This document shows, one piece after another, positions 17,292-26,185 of a DNA stretch of 64,000 bases. The DNA is from an uncultured Acidimicrobiaceae bacterium (lineage in GTDB: Bacteria; Actinomycetota; Acidimicrobiia; Acidimicrobiales; RAAP-2), in assembly GCA_963803065.1 (NCBI GenBank), contig CAWDKW010000013.1, positions 101,729-165,728 on the forward strand. The letters run 5' to 3'. How positions within the stretch are numbered: position 1 is the stretch's first letter; each line of letters begins with the position of its first letter. Both the position numbers and the translations under genes were made by a program. The notes under the pieces are model-generated. The model saw only the letters and a list, made by a program, of their open reading frames with translations. It had not been told where the DNA came from and searched no databases.

Positions 17292-17654
17292 ATGACCACG
17301 ATGGAACTCACCGGACCCGCCCAGCGAATGACCATCTTCATCGGCGAGCAGGACAGCCACGGTGGCCACTCACTGAGCCATGAGATCGTCCGCCGGGCCC
17401 ACGCGTCGGCCATCGCCGGCGTCACGGTCTTCCGCGGCGTGGAGGGCTACGGAGCTTCGAGCCATCTCCACAGCGCACACATCCTGTCGCTCTCCGACGA
17501 CCTGCCCATCTGTATCGTCATCGTCGACTCTGCTGCCGCCATCGAACGCTTCGGCGCGCAGCTCGACGACCTCATCGACGGGGGCCTGGTCGTCGTGGAG
17601 GACGTGACCGTGCTCCGCTACGTCGGTCACGACCGGGGCCACGCCCACTCATGA
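17292..17654 (+). CDS. DUF190 (PII-like, COG1993) protein
   Basis: 120 aa. RMTIFIGEQD..HSL..EIVRRAHASAIAGVTVFRGVEGYGASSHLH..LSDDLPICIVIVD is the DUF190 pattern, a family frequently linked to crcB. ATG 17301 (MELTG) is an alternative start with better spacing from GAGAGG. Confidence 0.8.
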   Translation: MTTMELTGPAQRMTIFIGEQDSHGGHSLSHEIVRRAHASAIAGVTVFRGVEGYGASSHLHSAHILSLSDDLPICIVIVDSAAAIERFGAQLDDLIDGGLVVVEDVTVLRYVGHDRGHAHS

Positions 17655-18025
17655 GCGCGTGGCTGTGGGTGGCGATCGCCGCTGCCGGCGCCGTCGGGGC
17701 TCCCCTTCGCTACGTGATCGACGGGGCGCTCAGCGGCCGGGTCAGGACCGTGTTCCCGTTCGGGACCTTGGCGGTGAACGTCACGGGCTCGTTCGTCCTC
17801 GGCCTCATCACCGGCCTGGTCCTCTACCACGCCTTCCCGGCCAACGGTCGCCTCATCATCGGGGTCGGACTGATCGGCGCCTACACCACCTTCTCCACCT
17901 TCACGTTCGAGACGGCCAGCCTGATCGAACGGGGCGAGATGCGCCTGGCCGCCTGGAACGTCGCCGGGAGCGTCGTCCTCGGGGCCGCCGCGGCTGCGGC
18001 CGGGTTGGCCCTGGGCTCGATCTGA
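17651..18025 (+). CDS. crcB: Fluoride efflux channel CrcB/FluC (copy 2)
   Basis: 124 aa. GAVGAPLRY..FPFGTLAVNVTGSFVLG..GLIGAYTTFSTFTFE matches CrcB. A 4-nt overlap with the DUF190 stop suggests translational coupling. Confidence 0.9.
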   Translation: MSAWLWVAIAAAGAVGAPLRYVIDGALSGRVRTVFPFGTLAVNVTGSFVLGLITGLVLYHAFPANGRLIIGVGLIGAYTTFSTFTFETASLIERGEMRLAAWNVAGSVVLGAAAAAAGLALGSI

Positions 18026-18168
18026 CCCGCCGGGCGAACGCCGGGATCCGAGCCGGGTTGATCGAGGGCGCAGCGGATTCCGAGCGGTGGTTCAGGGCGT
18101 AGGGGCCCGCCCGACCGCGATGTGCAGCCTGGGAGGGGAGGGAGGCCGTGTCCGCAGCGGACGAGCCC

Positions 18169-18906
18169 CTACGCCCTGAACCGGTAGCCGATGCCTCGAA
18201 TGGTCAGAATGTGCTGGGGGTGGGCGGGATCGAGCTCGATCTTCTTGCGGACCCGCTTGATGTGGGTGTCGAGGGTCCGGCTGTCGGCCAGTCGCCGATC
18301 CCGCCACAGATGGTCCATGCACTGGGTCCGGGTGACGACATGGCCGGCTTCGGAGACCAGGAGGACCAGGAGGTCGAGCTCCTTCCTCGACAGCTCGACG
18401 GGTTCGCCCCTCACGGTGACCTCCCGCAGGGCGACGTCGATCTTGACCGGGCCGGACTCGAACAGGTTGTCCATCGACCCGGTCGCCGACGGGGTTTCCA
18501 CCCGTCGGAGCACTGCCCGGACCCGGGCGGTGAGCTCCCGGAGCCGGAACGGCTTGGTGACATGATCGGCCGCACCGGCCTCGAGGGAGAGCACGGCGTC
18601 GATCTCGTCGTCCTTGGCCGCCACCATGATGACCGGAAGGGCCGAGATGGCCTCGATCCGGCGGAACACCGCCATCCCCGATTGGTCGGGCAGGAACATG
18701 TCCAAGAGCACGAGTGACGGCCTGGTCACGGTGAGGAGGCGGATGCCCTCGTGCCCGTCGTGGGCCAACACGACGTCGAAACCCTCGGCCTCCAGCCCGG
18801 TCGCCAGCATCTCGCGGCTCGAGGCGTCACCGTCGATGACCAGGATCCGGACACCCGCATCGGGAACGCTGGACACCGCCTCGGACGACCGGAGGGCCAC
18901 GATCAC
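18169..18906 (-). CDS. OmpR-family response regulator, orphan, with atypical receiver residues
   Basis: The receiver reads VRILVIDGDASS, LVLLDMFLPD, VIMVAAKDD and TKPF. The winged helix is LSRKELDLLVLLV..TLDTHIKRVRKKIE..ILTIRGIGYRF. The usual T/S in the MxxT/SA position is Ala and the acidic pair is DGD. Confidence 0.85.
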   Translation of the reverse strand: MIVALRSSEAVSSVPDAGVRILVIDGDASSREMLATGLEAEGFDVVLAHDGHEGIRLLTVTRPSLVLLDMFLPDQSGMAVFRRIEAISALPVIMVAAKDDEIDAVLSLEAGAADHVTKPFRLRELTARVRAVLRRVETPSATGSMDNLFESGPVKIDVALREVTVRGEPVELSRKELDLLVLLVSEAGHVVTRTQCMDHLWRDRRLADSRTLDTHIKRVRKKIELDPAHPQHILTIRGIGYRFRA

Positions 18907-18931
18907 GTCCGGGAGACGAGCACAGCGGCGA

Positions 18932-18980
18932 CTCGAGGATCGCCTACCGGCCCGTCACGGACCGGTCGGCAATCCTCGAG
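18932..18980. other. 9-bp perfect inverted repeat CTCGAGGAT-N31-ATCCTCGAG
   Basis: Read by eye in the divergent spacer between the response regulator (start 18906) and the YjbQ-like gene. It could be an operator or an RNA stem. Confidence 0.3.
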
Positions 18981-19162
18981 TGGGGGAAGCGCCGTGAGAG
19001 GGCGAAGTGCCTGATCCAATGGGGTCATTACTGAAGACGGTATGGAATGGTGGTGAACGGCAGGCCACCGTCGCGTCACCAGAGGGTGAATCCTCGGTTA
19101 TCTCCCGCTTCGCCGCCTACGCTGCGGGACCGCTCGGCAACACCCGGCGCGATCATGGTCGA

Positions 19163-19564
19163 ATGGATTCCTCGTTGCTTTCCGTCGACACCACCGGATC
19201 GATGGTTATCGACCTGACAACCGAGCTCCAGCGCTACTGCCGGGACCACGGCGACGGGTTGGTCAACGTCTTCGTTCCCCATGCCACGGCGGGGATCGCC
19301 CTCATGGAGGTGGGGTCGGGTTCGGAGGCCGATCTGGAGGAGGCACTCGCTCGGCTGCTCCCTCGAGACGACCGGTACCTCCATCGGCACGGGGCCATCG
19401 GCCACGGGGCGGACCATCTCCTTCCGGTCCTGGTCAGCCCATCCTTGACCATCCCGGTCCTCGGCGGCCGACCCCTCCTTGGGACCTGGCAGAGCCTGGT
19501 CCTCGTCGACACCAACGGGGACAACCCCCGACGCCAGGTACGGCTCAGCTTCGTGGCCGGCTGA
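19163..19564 (+). CDS. YjbQ/UPF0047 family protein (secondary thiamine-phosphate synthase type)
   Basis: Start at M53 (MDSSLLSV), giving 133 aa. VNVFVPHATAGIALME..HGADHLLPVL..LTIPVLGGRPLLGTWQSLVLVD matches UPF0047. Confidence 0.8.
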   Translation: MDSSLLSVDTTGSMVIDLTTELQRYCRDHGDGLVNVFVPHATAGIALMEVGSGSEADLEEALARLLPRDDRYLHRHGAIGHGADHLLPVLVSPSLTIPVLGGRPLLGTWQSLVLVDTNGDNPRRQVRLSFVAG

Positions 19565-19770
19565 GCTTCACCGGCCTCGCCGGCTGCTGACCGGCCTCCC
19601 GACTCGATGCTGGAATGGCCGAGCGACGCGAGGCGTTGTGTACGAGGTGCATCGATCGTCAACGCGCTGGGTCAGGATCCACGGTCTTGGATGGTGGAAC
19701 TCCGGGCGGGCACCGACTCCGCCGCCCGTCGAGCCGGAACGACCACTCGATTCGATGCTGCTGTAATTCG

Positions 19771-21231
19771 ATGCCCCGCATACATATCAATCCAAAGGTG
19801 AGCGTCAGCGTCGTCTTCGTCGCGGCCATGTTCATGAACATCATGGACATCACCATCGTCAACGTGGCCCTACCGTCCATCGGGCGGCAGTTCCACGAGA
19901 CGACGGCCTCCTTGGACTCGATAGCCGTCGGCTACTTGGTCAGCCTGGCCGTGTTCATTCCGGCCGCCGGGTGGCTGGGCGACCGGTTCGGGTCCAAGCG
20001 GGTGCTCCTGTTCGCCATCGCCGTCTTCACCGGCGCCTCGGCGCTCTGTGGGTTTGCCCAGAGCCTCCCCGAGCTCGTGGCCTTCCGGGTGGTCCAGGGA
20101 GTGGGCGGCGGCATGCTCACCCCGGTGGGCATGGCCATGTTGTTCCGTACCTTCCCGCCCGAGGAGCGGGTCCGGGCCTCGAGCATCCTGACCGTTCCCA
20201 CGGCCCTGGCCCCGGCCATCGGCCCGGTCATCGGGGGCCTGTTGGTCACCGACCTGTCGTGGCGGTGGGTGTTCTTCGTCAACCTGCCCATCGGCATCGT
20301 TGCCTTCCTGTTCGGCCTGGTCTTCCTGGACGAGCACCGCCAGCCCCATCCCGGCCGGTTCGACGTCCCCGGTTTCGTCCTGTCCGGTGTGGGCTTCGCC
20401 CTTCTCATGTTCGGGATCAGCGACGGCCCGAGCCGCGGTTGGGGCAGTCCCGAGATCTACGGCAGCATCGTGCTGGGTGCCGCCCTGATCGCCCTGTTGG
20501 TACCGGTGGAGCTGCGGACGAGACAGCCCCTGTTGCAGCTGCGCCTGTTCACCAACCGGCTGTTCCGCTCGACCAGCCTGGTCCTGTTCTTCGCCATGGC
20601 CGCCTTCTTGGGCGTGCTCTTCGTGGTCCCGCTGTTCTTCCAGATCGCACTGGGCCTGTCCGCTCTGGCCTCGGGGCTCAACACGTTTCCCGAGGCGATC
20701 GGCGTGATGGTCGGGGCCCAACTGGCCAGCCGGCTCATCTATCCGCGGTTGGGTCCGCGCCGGCTGGTCGCCATGGGCCTGGTGGGCGTCGCCGCAGCCA
20801 TGGTGCTCATGACCCAGGTGGGCTTCGACACCAACTTGTGGTGGATGCGGGTCCTCATGTTCGCCATGGGCCTGTTCATGGCCCCGGTGATCGTCTCCTC
20901 GCAGGCCGCTTCCTTCGCCACCGTCTCCAATGCCGATACCGGCTACGCCTCGTCGCTGTTCAACAGCCAGCGCCAGCTGGGGAGCGCGGTGGGGGTGGCC
21001 CTGTTGGCCACGGTGATGGCGGCGGTGGGCACGACGCACGTGGTGGAGGGCCACGTCGCCGCCGACCTGGCCGGCTACCACGCCGCCTTCCTGGTCGCCG
21101 CGGGCGTCGCCCTGGTCGGGGCCGCGGTCGCCCTCACCATCAAGGACGCTGATGCCGCGGCCACCATGGTTCGGCGCCGGCCCAAGGTGACGACCGAGCC
21201 CGCACCCGCGGCCCTGGAGCCGGTGTCGTAG
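19771..21231 (+). CDS. MFS transporter, DHA2 (EmrB/QacA) family
   Basis: Start at M53 (MPRIHINPKVSVS); a GTG 27 nt further in is also possible. MNIMDITIVNVALPSI, GWLGDRFGSKRVLL and FRVVQGVGGGMLTPV are present, consistent with a 14-TMS architecture. Confidence 0.85.
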   Translation: MPRIHINPKVSVSVVFVAAMFMNIMDITIVNVALPSIGRQFHETTASLDSIAVGYLVSLAVFIPAAGWLGDRFGSKRVLLFAIAVFTGASALCGFAQSLPELVAFRVVQGVGGGMLTPVGMAMLFRTFPPEERVRASSILTVPTALAPAIGPVIGGLLVTDLSWRWVFFVNLPIGIVAFLFGLVFLDEHRQPHPGRFDVPGFVLSGVGFALLMFGISDGPSRGWGSPEIYGSIVLGAALIALLVPVELRTRQPLLQLRLFTNRLFRSTSLVLFFAMAAFLGVLFVVPLFFQIALGLSALASGLNTFPEAIGVMVGAQLASRLIYPRLGPRRLVAMGLVGVAAAMVLMTQVGFDTNLWWMRVLMFAMGLFMAPVIVSSQAASFATVSNADTGYASSLFNSQRQLGSAVGVALLATVMAAVGTTHVVEGHVAADLAGYHAAFLVAAGVALVGAAVALTIKDADAAATMVRRRPKVTTEPAPAALEPVS

Positions 21232-21327
21232 CCGACGGAGACATCGGCCTACGGCCACCGGACCGGCCGAGGGCGCAGCGGTACGGTGCAGGGAACAGGC
21301 AGGGGACCCACCGACCAGGAGGCGTAG

Positions 21328-22975
21328 ATGGTTGACGTAGTGGACATCACCGGGACCGAGGAGTGGCGTTCGCTGAGCGGTCACTTCGAGTCGATCAAGG
21401 ACGCCCACCTCAGGGACCTCTTCGCCGCGAACCCCGATCGGGGCACCCAGATGGCCGTCGGGGCCGGCGACTTGTATCTGGACTACTCCAAGCACCGCAT
21501 CACCGGGGACACGGTCAGCCTCCTGGTCGACGTGGCCCGGCGCGCCGGTCTGGAAGAGCACCGCGACGCCATGTTCGCCGGCCGCCACATCAACACCACC
21601 GAGGACCGTGCCGTCCTCCACGTCGCTTTGCGCATGCCGGCGGGCACCCACCTCGAGGTCGACGGGCAGGACGTCGTGGCCGACGTGCTCGAGGTGCTGG
21701 GCCGGATGGGCGACCTCTCCGATCGGATCCGCAGCGGGGAGTGGACGGGCCATACCGGCCGGCGGATCCGCTCGGTGGTCAACATCGGGATCGGGGGCTC
21801 CGACCTCGGCCCGGCCATGGCCTACGAAGCGCTGCTTGACTACGCCCTCCCGGACATCACCTGTCGGTTCGTCTCCAACATCGACCCCGTCGACCTCTGG
21901 AACAAGACCCACGACCTCGACCCGGCCGAGACGCTCTTCGTGGTGTGCTCCAAGACATTCACCACCCTGGAGACGCTGACCAACGCGGCGGCAGCCCGGG
22001 CCTGGCTGCTACGAGGGGCTGGGAGCAGGGGACGACGCGGTGGCCAAGCACTTCGTCGCCGTGTCCACCAACGAGAAGGGGGTCACCGAGTTCGGCATCG
22101 ACCCGGCCAACATGCTGGGGTTCTGGGACTGGGTCGGCGGACGGTATTCCTACGATTCGGCGGTCGGGTTCTCGTTGATGGTGGCAATCGGGCGCGAGGG
22201 CTTCGCCGACATGCTCTCGGGGTTCCACGCCATGGACGAGCACTTCGCCACCGCACCCCTGGCGGCCAACATGCCCGTGCTCCAGGGCCTGATCAACGTC
22301 TGGTACGACAACTTCTTCGGATCCGAGACCCATGCCGTCTTGCCCTACAGCCAGCGGCTGGCCCGGTTCCCCGCCTACCTGCAGCAATTGACGATGGAGT
22401 CCAACGGGAAGTCGGTTCGACGGGACGGGTCACCGGTGTGGGGCCAGACCGGGGAGATCTTCTGGGGGGAGCCGGGAACCAACGGGCAGCACGCCTTCTA
22501 CCAGCTGCTCCATCAGGGCACCAAGCTGATCCCGGCCGACTTCATCGGGTTCGTCGACTCCACCCACGAGATCGGCGAGCAGCACGATCTGCTCATGGCC
22601 AGCTGCTTCGCCCAGTCCAAGGTGCTGGCGTTCGGGCGCACGGCCGAGGAGGTGGCGGCCGAAGGGACCGAGGCGGCGCTGGTTCCCCACAAGGTCATGC
22701 CGGGCAACCGACCGAGCTCGACGGTCCTCGCCCCGCGTCTGAGCCCCTCGGTGCTCGGACAGCTGGTGGCGCTCTACGAGCACACCGTGTTCACCGAAGG
22801 GGTGATCTGGGGCATCGACTCGTTCGACCAGTGGGGGGTGGAACTGGGCAAGGTCATGGCCAAGCAGCTGGCGCCCGCACTCATCGACGCCGCGGCCCCC
22901 GACCTGTCCGGTCAGGACTCCTCGACCGTCGAACTGGTCCGCCTTTTCCGCCACGGGCGCGGCCGCACGGTCTGA
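21328..22975 (+). pseudogene. pgi: Glucose-6-phosphate isomerase, split by one frame disruption near 22010-22019
   Basis: The N-terminal 228 codons are in ORF 21328.. (..[35 protein letters not shown]). The C-terminal 311 codons are in ORF 22040..22975 ([29 protein letters not shown]), one frame over. Removing one G from CGAGGGGCTGGG restores ..[24 protein letters not shown]. Confidence 0.85.
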
Positions 22976-23048
22976 CCGACGAACAACACCGACGAACAAC
23001 ACCGACGAGAAACACCGACGAACCCGACGGAAACACCGACGAGAAACA
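22976..23048 (+). repeat. Six tandem ~13-nt units (CCGACGAACAACA type) filling the pgi-ohr spacer
   Basis: The units are CCGACGAACAACA x2, CCGACGAGAAACA, CCGACGAAC, CCGACGGAAACA and CCGACGAGAAACA, followed by GGGAGCGAGCAGCC and then ATG. There is no T between 22974 and 23063. Confidence 0.9.
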
Positions 23049-23062
23049 GGGAGCGAGCAGCC

Positions 23063-23494
23063 ATGGTCACCACGCTGAACAAGGTCCTCTACACCGCCGA
23101 GGCCAGCACCGTCGGCGGACGGGACGGGCACGCCACCAGCAGCGACGGCGTGCTCGACCTCGATGTCCGGGTCCCCGAGGAGATGGGTGGGCACGGAGGG
23201 GGCACCAATCCCGAGCAGCTCTTCGCCGCCGGGTATGCCGCCTGCTTCCAGAGCGCGCTCGGCGTCGTGTCCAGGCGTCAGAAGGTCGATACCACCGAGT
23301 CGACCGTCACGGCCAGGGTCTCGATCGGCCCCATCGACGGAGGGGCATTCGGCCTGTCGGTGGCCATCGCCGTCGCCATTCCCGATGTCGGCGCCGAGCT
23401 GGCCCAACAGCTGGTCGAAGCGGCCCACCAGGTCTGCCCCTATTCCAACGCCACTCGGGGCAATATCGAAGTGGCCCTCAGCGTGGTCCCATAG
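23063..23494 (+). CDS. ohr: Organic hydroperoxide resistance protein Ohr (OsmC/Ohr family)
   Basis: 143 aa. Both catalytic Cys contexts are present: [10 protein letters not shown] and [14 protein letters not shown]. Confidence 0.9.
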   Translation: MVTTLNKVLYTAEASTVGGRDGHATSSDGVLDLDVRVPEEMGGHGGGTNPEQLFAAGYAACFQSALGVVSRRQKVDTTESTVTARVSIGPIDGGAFGLSVAIAVAIPDVGAELAQQLVEAAHQVCPYSNATRGNIEVALSVVP

Positions 23495-23660
23495 CCCCTC
23501 CCCACCAGGGGTGACCATGGGGCAATGACGATGGGGGCGACGGGTGAGGCAGTCAGCGTGCGCCGGTCACCGCGTGCTATGGCGGTGGGGCGGTGGGGCC
23601 CGTTGTTAGGGTGGCCGTGCTCCGTGATCCTACGGGCACGGAGACCGGACACCTGAACCC

Positions 23661-25046
23661 TTGAGATCGCCCGCCCACCGCCATCGACACCGCCGCCAGC
23701 GTCGGTCGAAGCGATGGCTGTTCGGCATACTCGCCGGGCTCGGCGTCCTCGCCGCAGCGGGTGTCGCCTGGGCCTTCGTACGCTCCACGAACACCAATTC
23801 GGCGAGCAGCAGTTCCGCCATCAGCTCCTCCCGCCACCCGGTTCCCTGGAACGCCCACGACGGCACCCCGTTGCTGGTCGGGAGCTACTACTACCTCTGG
23901 TTCCCGCAGAACCTGGAGGAAGGGACCCTCCGGGCCCACCTCGTCCCGCCCCAGGGGCCCAAGCCGGCCACCGACGTGTCTGCCAACCCCGGCACCGCGG
24001 CCAGGGCCATCGCCCAGGCGAACCGGGCCGGCGTGGACTTCTTCGCCCTCGACTGGTGGCCCTTGACCAACTGGGACGGCCGCTCCCTGGCCGATCGCCA
24101 GGCCGAGGACAGCAACGTGGCTGCCTTCCTGAAAGCCAAGAACATCGCCAAGATCAAGTTCTGCATGTTGTACGAGACCTACGCGCTCGACTTCAACTCG
24201 AGCAACGAGTCCACGCCAGTCACCCCGGCCATGGAGAACCAGTTCGACGCCGACATGCTGTTCTTCGCCAAGACCTACTTCCACAACCCGAGCTATCTGC
24301 GGCTCCACGGTCGTCCGGTCGTGGTGCTCTACCTGACCCGCACGCTCACCGGCAACGTGGACCAGATGATGAGGCGGGCCCGGGCCCTGCTCGCTGCCCA
24401 TGGCTTTCACCCGTACTTCATCGGCGACGAGATCTACTGGCGGGTCACCGATCCTCAACTGCCCGCCACCGGGTCGTCCCTCACGACTACGCCCCAGGCG
24501 TCCAGGATCGAGAACTTCGACGCCATCACCTCGTACTCGCTCTACTTCGGCGGGAATTCCCCCGCCCTCGGGCCGGCCCACGACTTCGTCGGCTATCCGG
24601 GGAACACCACCATCGCCGCCGACGAGCGCGGGCTGTTCAAGACCTACAGCCAGGCCACCAGAGGGAAGGTGCCGGTGATCCCCGACATCACCCCGGGCTT
24701 CAACGACCGCGGGGTGCGGCTCTCGATCGACCACCCGGCGCAACCTCGGGAATGGCTGCCGGGGGCCGGCACCGCCTCGACCCTCGACAACCTGTTCAAA
24801 AAGGTGGCGGTGCCGAGCCTCGACGCCCGCGCCCCGATCATCTTCGTGACCGCGTGGAACGAGTGGAACGAGGATTCGGGGATCGAGCCGGTACCCGGGG
24901 TGGCCACCTCGAAGGACGACAGTCCCACCGGCACTGAGTACACCCAGGGCTATACCTACGGGGGCGAGGGGGACAGCGCCTTGCAGGTCCTGCGCAAGGA
25001 CATCGACTGCGCCGAGGACCTCCCGGCCTGCAAGACGGACCGGTAG
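23661..25046 (+). CDS. Membrane-anchored glycoside hydrolase-like protein (GH99 / WbsX-like)
   Basis: 461 aa with an N-terminal basic stretch, one TM (WLFGILAGLGVLAAAGVAWAF) and an S-rich linker. YYYLWFP, FFALDWW, ITPGFNDRG and TAWNEWNEDSGIEP resemble the endo-mannosidase-like (beta/alpha)8 family. The call rests on motif memory only. Confidence 0.5.
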   Translation: MRSPAHRHRHRRQRRSKRWLFGILAGLGVLAAAGVAWAFVRSTNTNSASSSSAISSSRHPVPWNAHDGTPLLVGSYYYLWFPQNLEEGTLRAHLVPPQGPKPATDVSANPGTAARAIAQANRAGVDFFALDWWPLTNWDGRSLADRQAEDSNVAAFLKAKNIAKIKFCMLYETYALDFNSSNESTPVTPAMENQFDADMLFFAKTYFHNPSYLRLHGRPVVVLYLTRTLTGNVDQMMRRARALLAAHGFHPYFIGDEIYWRVTDPQLPATGSSLTTTPQASRIENFDAITSYSLYFGGNSPALGPAHDFVGYPGNTTIAADERGLFKTYSQATRGKVPVIPDITPGFNDRGVRLSIDHPAQPREWLPGAGTASTLDNLFKKVAVPSLDARAPIIFVTAWNEWNEDSGIEPVPGVATSKDDSPTGTEYTQGYTYGGEGDSALQVLRKDIDCAEDLPACKTDR

Positions 25047-26149
25047 GGTCGTCGTCGGCCGGTGCGTGGACATCGGCCCCGGTTGTTCAGCGGCGTCGGG
25101 CGATGATCACATCGGCCAGGGGCGACTGGTCGAGGGCTCGGAACCGGCGCGACCTTCCAGCCCGTGCGCTCGAGCGCATCACCGAAGTAGGCATTGTCGA
25201 ACCCGAGCTCGAGCCAGCCGTAGACGCGGGTGGACCACAGTGAGTAGCCGTCGAGACGCGGCCCCCACGGGAAGGACATGTCGGCGATCGGTTCGGCGGC
25301 GAAGGCGACCACACCATCGGGGCGCACGACGTCGTGGAGGTGGTCGAGCATGGCCAGGTGGTCGGCACAGTGGTGGAAGCTCTCGTAGAAGATGGCGGCG
25401 TCGAACGCGTCGCCAGGGTGGAAGGCCAGCATGTCCTCGGCGGTCATCGTCAGGTGCTCTGGTCGAGGGCACCGTCGTCGGACCAGGGCACAGAACTGGG
25501 GCTCCACCTCGACCCCGGTGACGTCGAGCCCCATGGTGGCGAGATCGATCGTGAGGTTCCCCCATCCGGGCCCGAACTCGACGACCCGCCCGGGCGGGCT
25601 GAGCCCGATGGTCTTGATGATGAAGCCTCGGGCGATCAGCTCTTCGCCGATGACCTGGGGTGACCCGGTGGCATGCGGATAGGGCTGGCGGAGGGCGTGG
25701 TCGAAGTCGAACGGGGAGCCCTCGTTGGCGATCGAATAGCTCCCCCGTCCGGAGACCCGCTCGTAGAGGTCCCACACCCAACGCCGGTACTCGTCTGAGA
25801 AGGGGTCGTCGGGGCGATCGGGCGGTGGAGCGATCTCGAACCCCCGGAGGAACCGTCGCGCCGAGTCCTCCGAAACCCCGAAGAGCCGCCGGGCTTCGTC
25901 GAGCTCGTCATCGAGTTGGTCCAGGGCGATCAGGCGCGGCACCGGGCGTCCCCGCATCGCCTGGACCCGGCCCCGGAGCGGCCGTGGCAGCGCTTCCAGT
26001 CCCGCCCTGCCGATCGACCTGATCAGCGACGGTCCTTCAGCCACCGGGAGCCTTGGCCATGGCGGACATTGTGGCACCCGAAACAGCGCGGAGGGGACGC
26101 CCCCCTGCGCAACGCGTCGACCGCCCATGCATGGTGAAAGCCGGCCCAT
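24956..26149 (-). CDS. Class I SAM-dependent methyltransferase; 3' end frame-disrupted and start uncertain
   Basis: The methyltransferase core is VVEFGPGWGNLTIDLA..VTGVEV..AIFYESFHHC..RPDGVVAFA. After ..ERTGWKVA the tail becomes R/P-rich. Skipping one base near 25147-25152 instead gives RFRALDQSPLADVIIARRR-stop at 25087 (the frame of ORF 25087..25368). The annotated start codon at 26149 lies in the loop of a 13-bp hairpin, so a later start is likely (for example the Met of MRGRPVPRLIALDQ). Confidence 0.75.
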   Translation of the reverse strand: MGRLSPCMGGRRVAQGGVPSALFRVPQCPPWPRLPVAEGPSLIRSIGRAGLEALPRPLRGRVQAMRGRPVPRLIALDQLDDELDEARRLFGVSEDSARRFLRGFEIAPPPDRPDDPFSDEYRRWVWDLYERVSGRGSYSIANEGSPFDFDHALRQPYPHATGSPQVIGEELIARGFIIKTIGLSPPGRVVEFGPGWGNLTIDLATMGLDVTGVEVEPQFCALVRRRCPRPEHLTMTAEDMLAFHPGDAFDAAIFYESFHHCADHLAMLDHLHDVVRPDGVVAFAAEPIADMSFPWGPRLDGYSLWSTRVYGWLELGFDNAYFGDALERTGWKVAPVPSPRPVAPGRCDHRPTPLNNRGRCPRTGRRRPYRSVLQAGRSSAQSMSLRRTCKALSPSPP

Positions 26150-26185
26150 GAGCCGGCTTTCACCTTCGTTGTCTATTTCGTTTGT
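26133..26185 (+). terminator. Perfect 13-bp hairpin followed by a T-rich tract
   Basis: GGTGAAAGCCGGC-ccatga-GCCGGCTTTCACC is followed by TTCGTTGTCTATTTCGTTTGT. It looks like a rho-independent terminator on the + strand, but no + strand gene ends nearby. Confidence 0.4.

Noticed and set aside
22976-23048. Could the tandem arrays (also 17224-17291 and 61092-61150) be small CRISPR arrays?
   Set aside because: The units are directly adjacent with no spacers and are only 11-18 nt long. No cas genes are present. They are simple tandem repeats.
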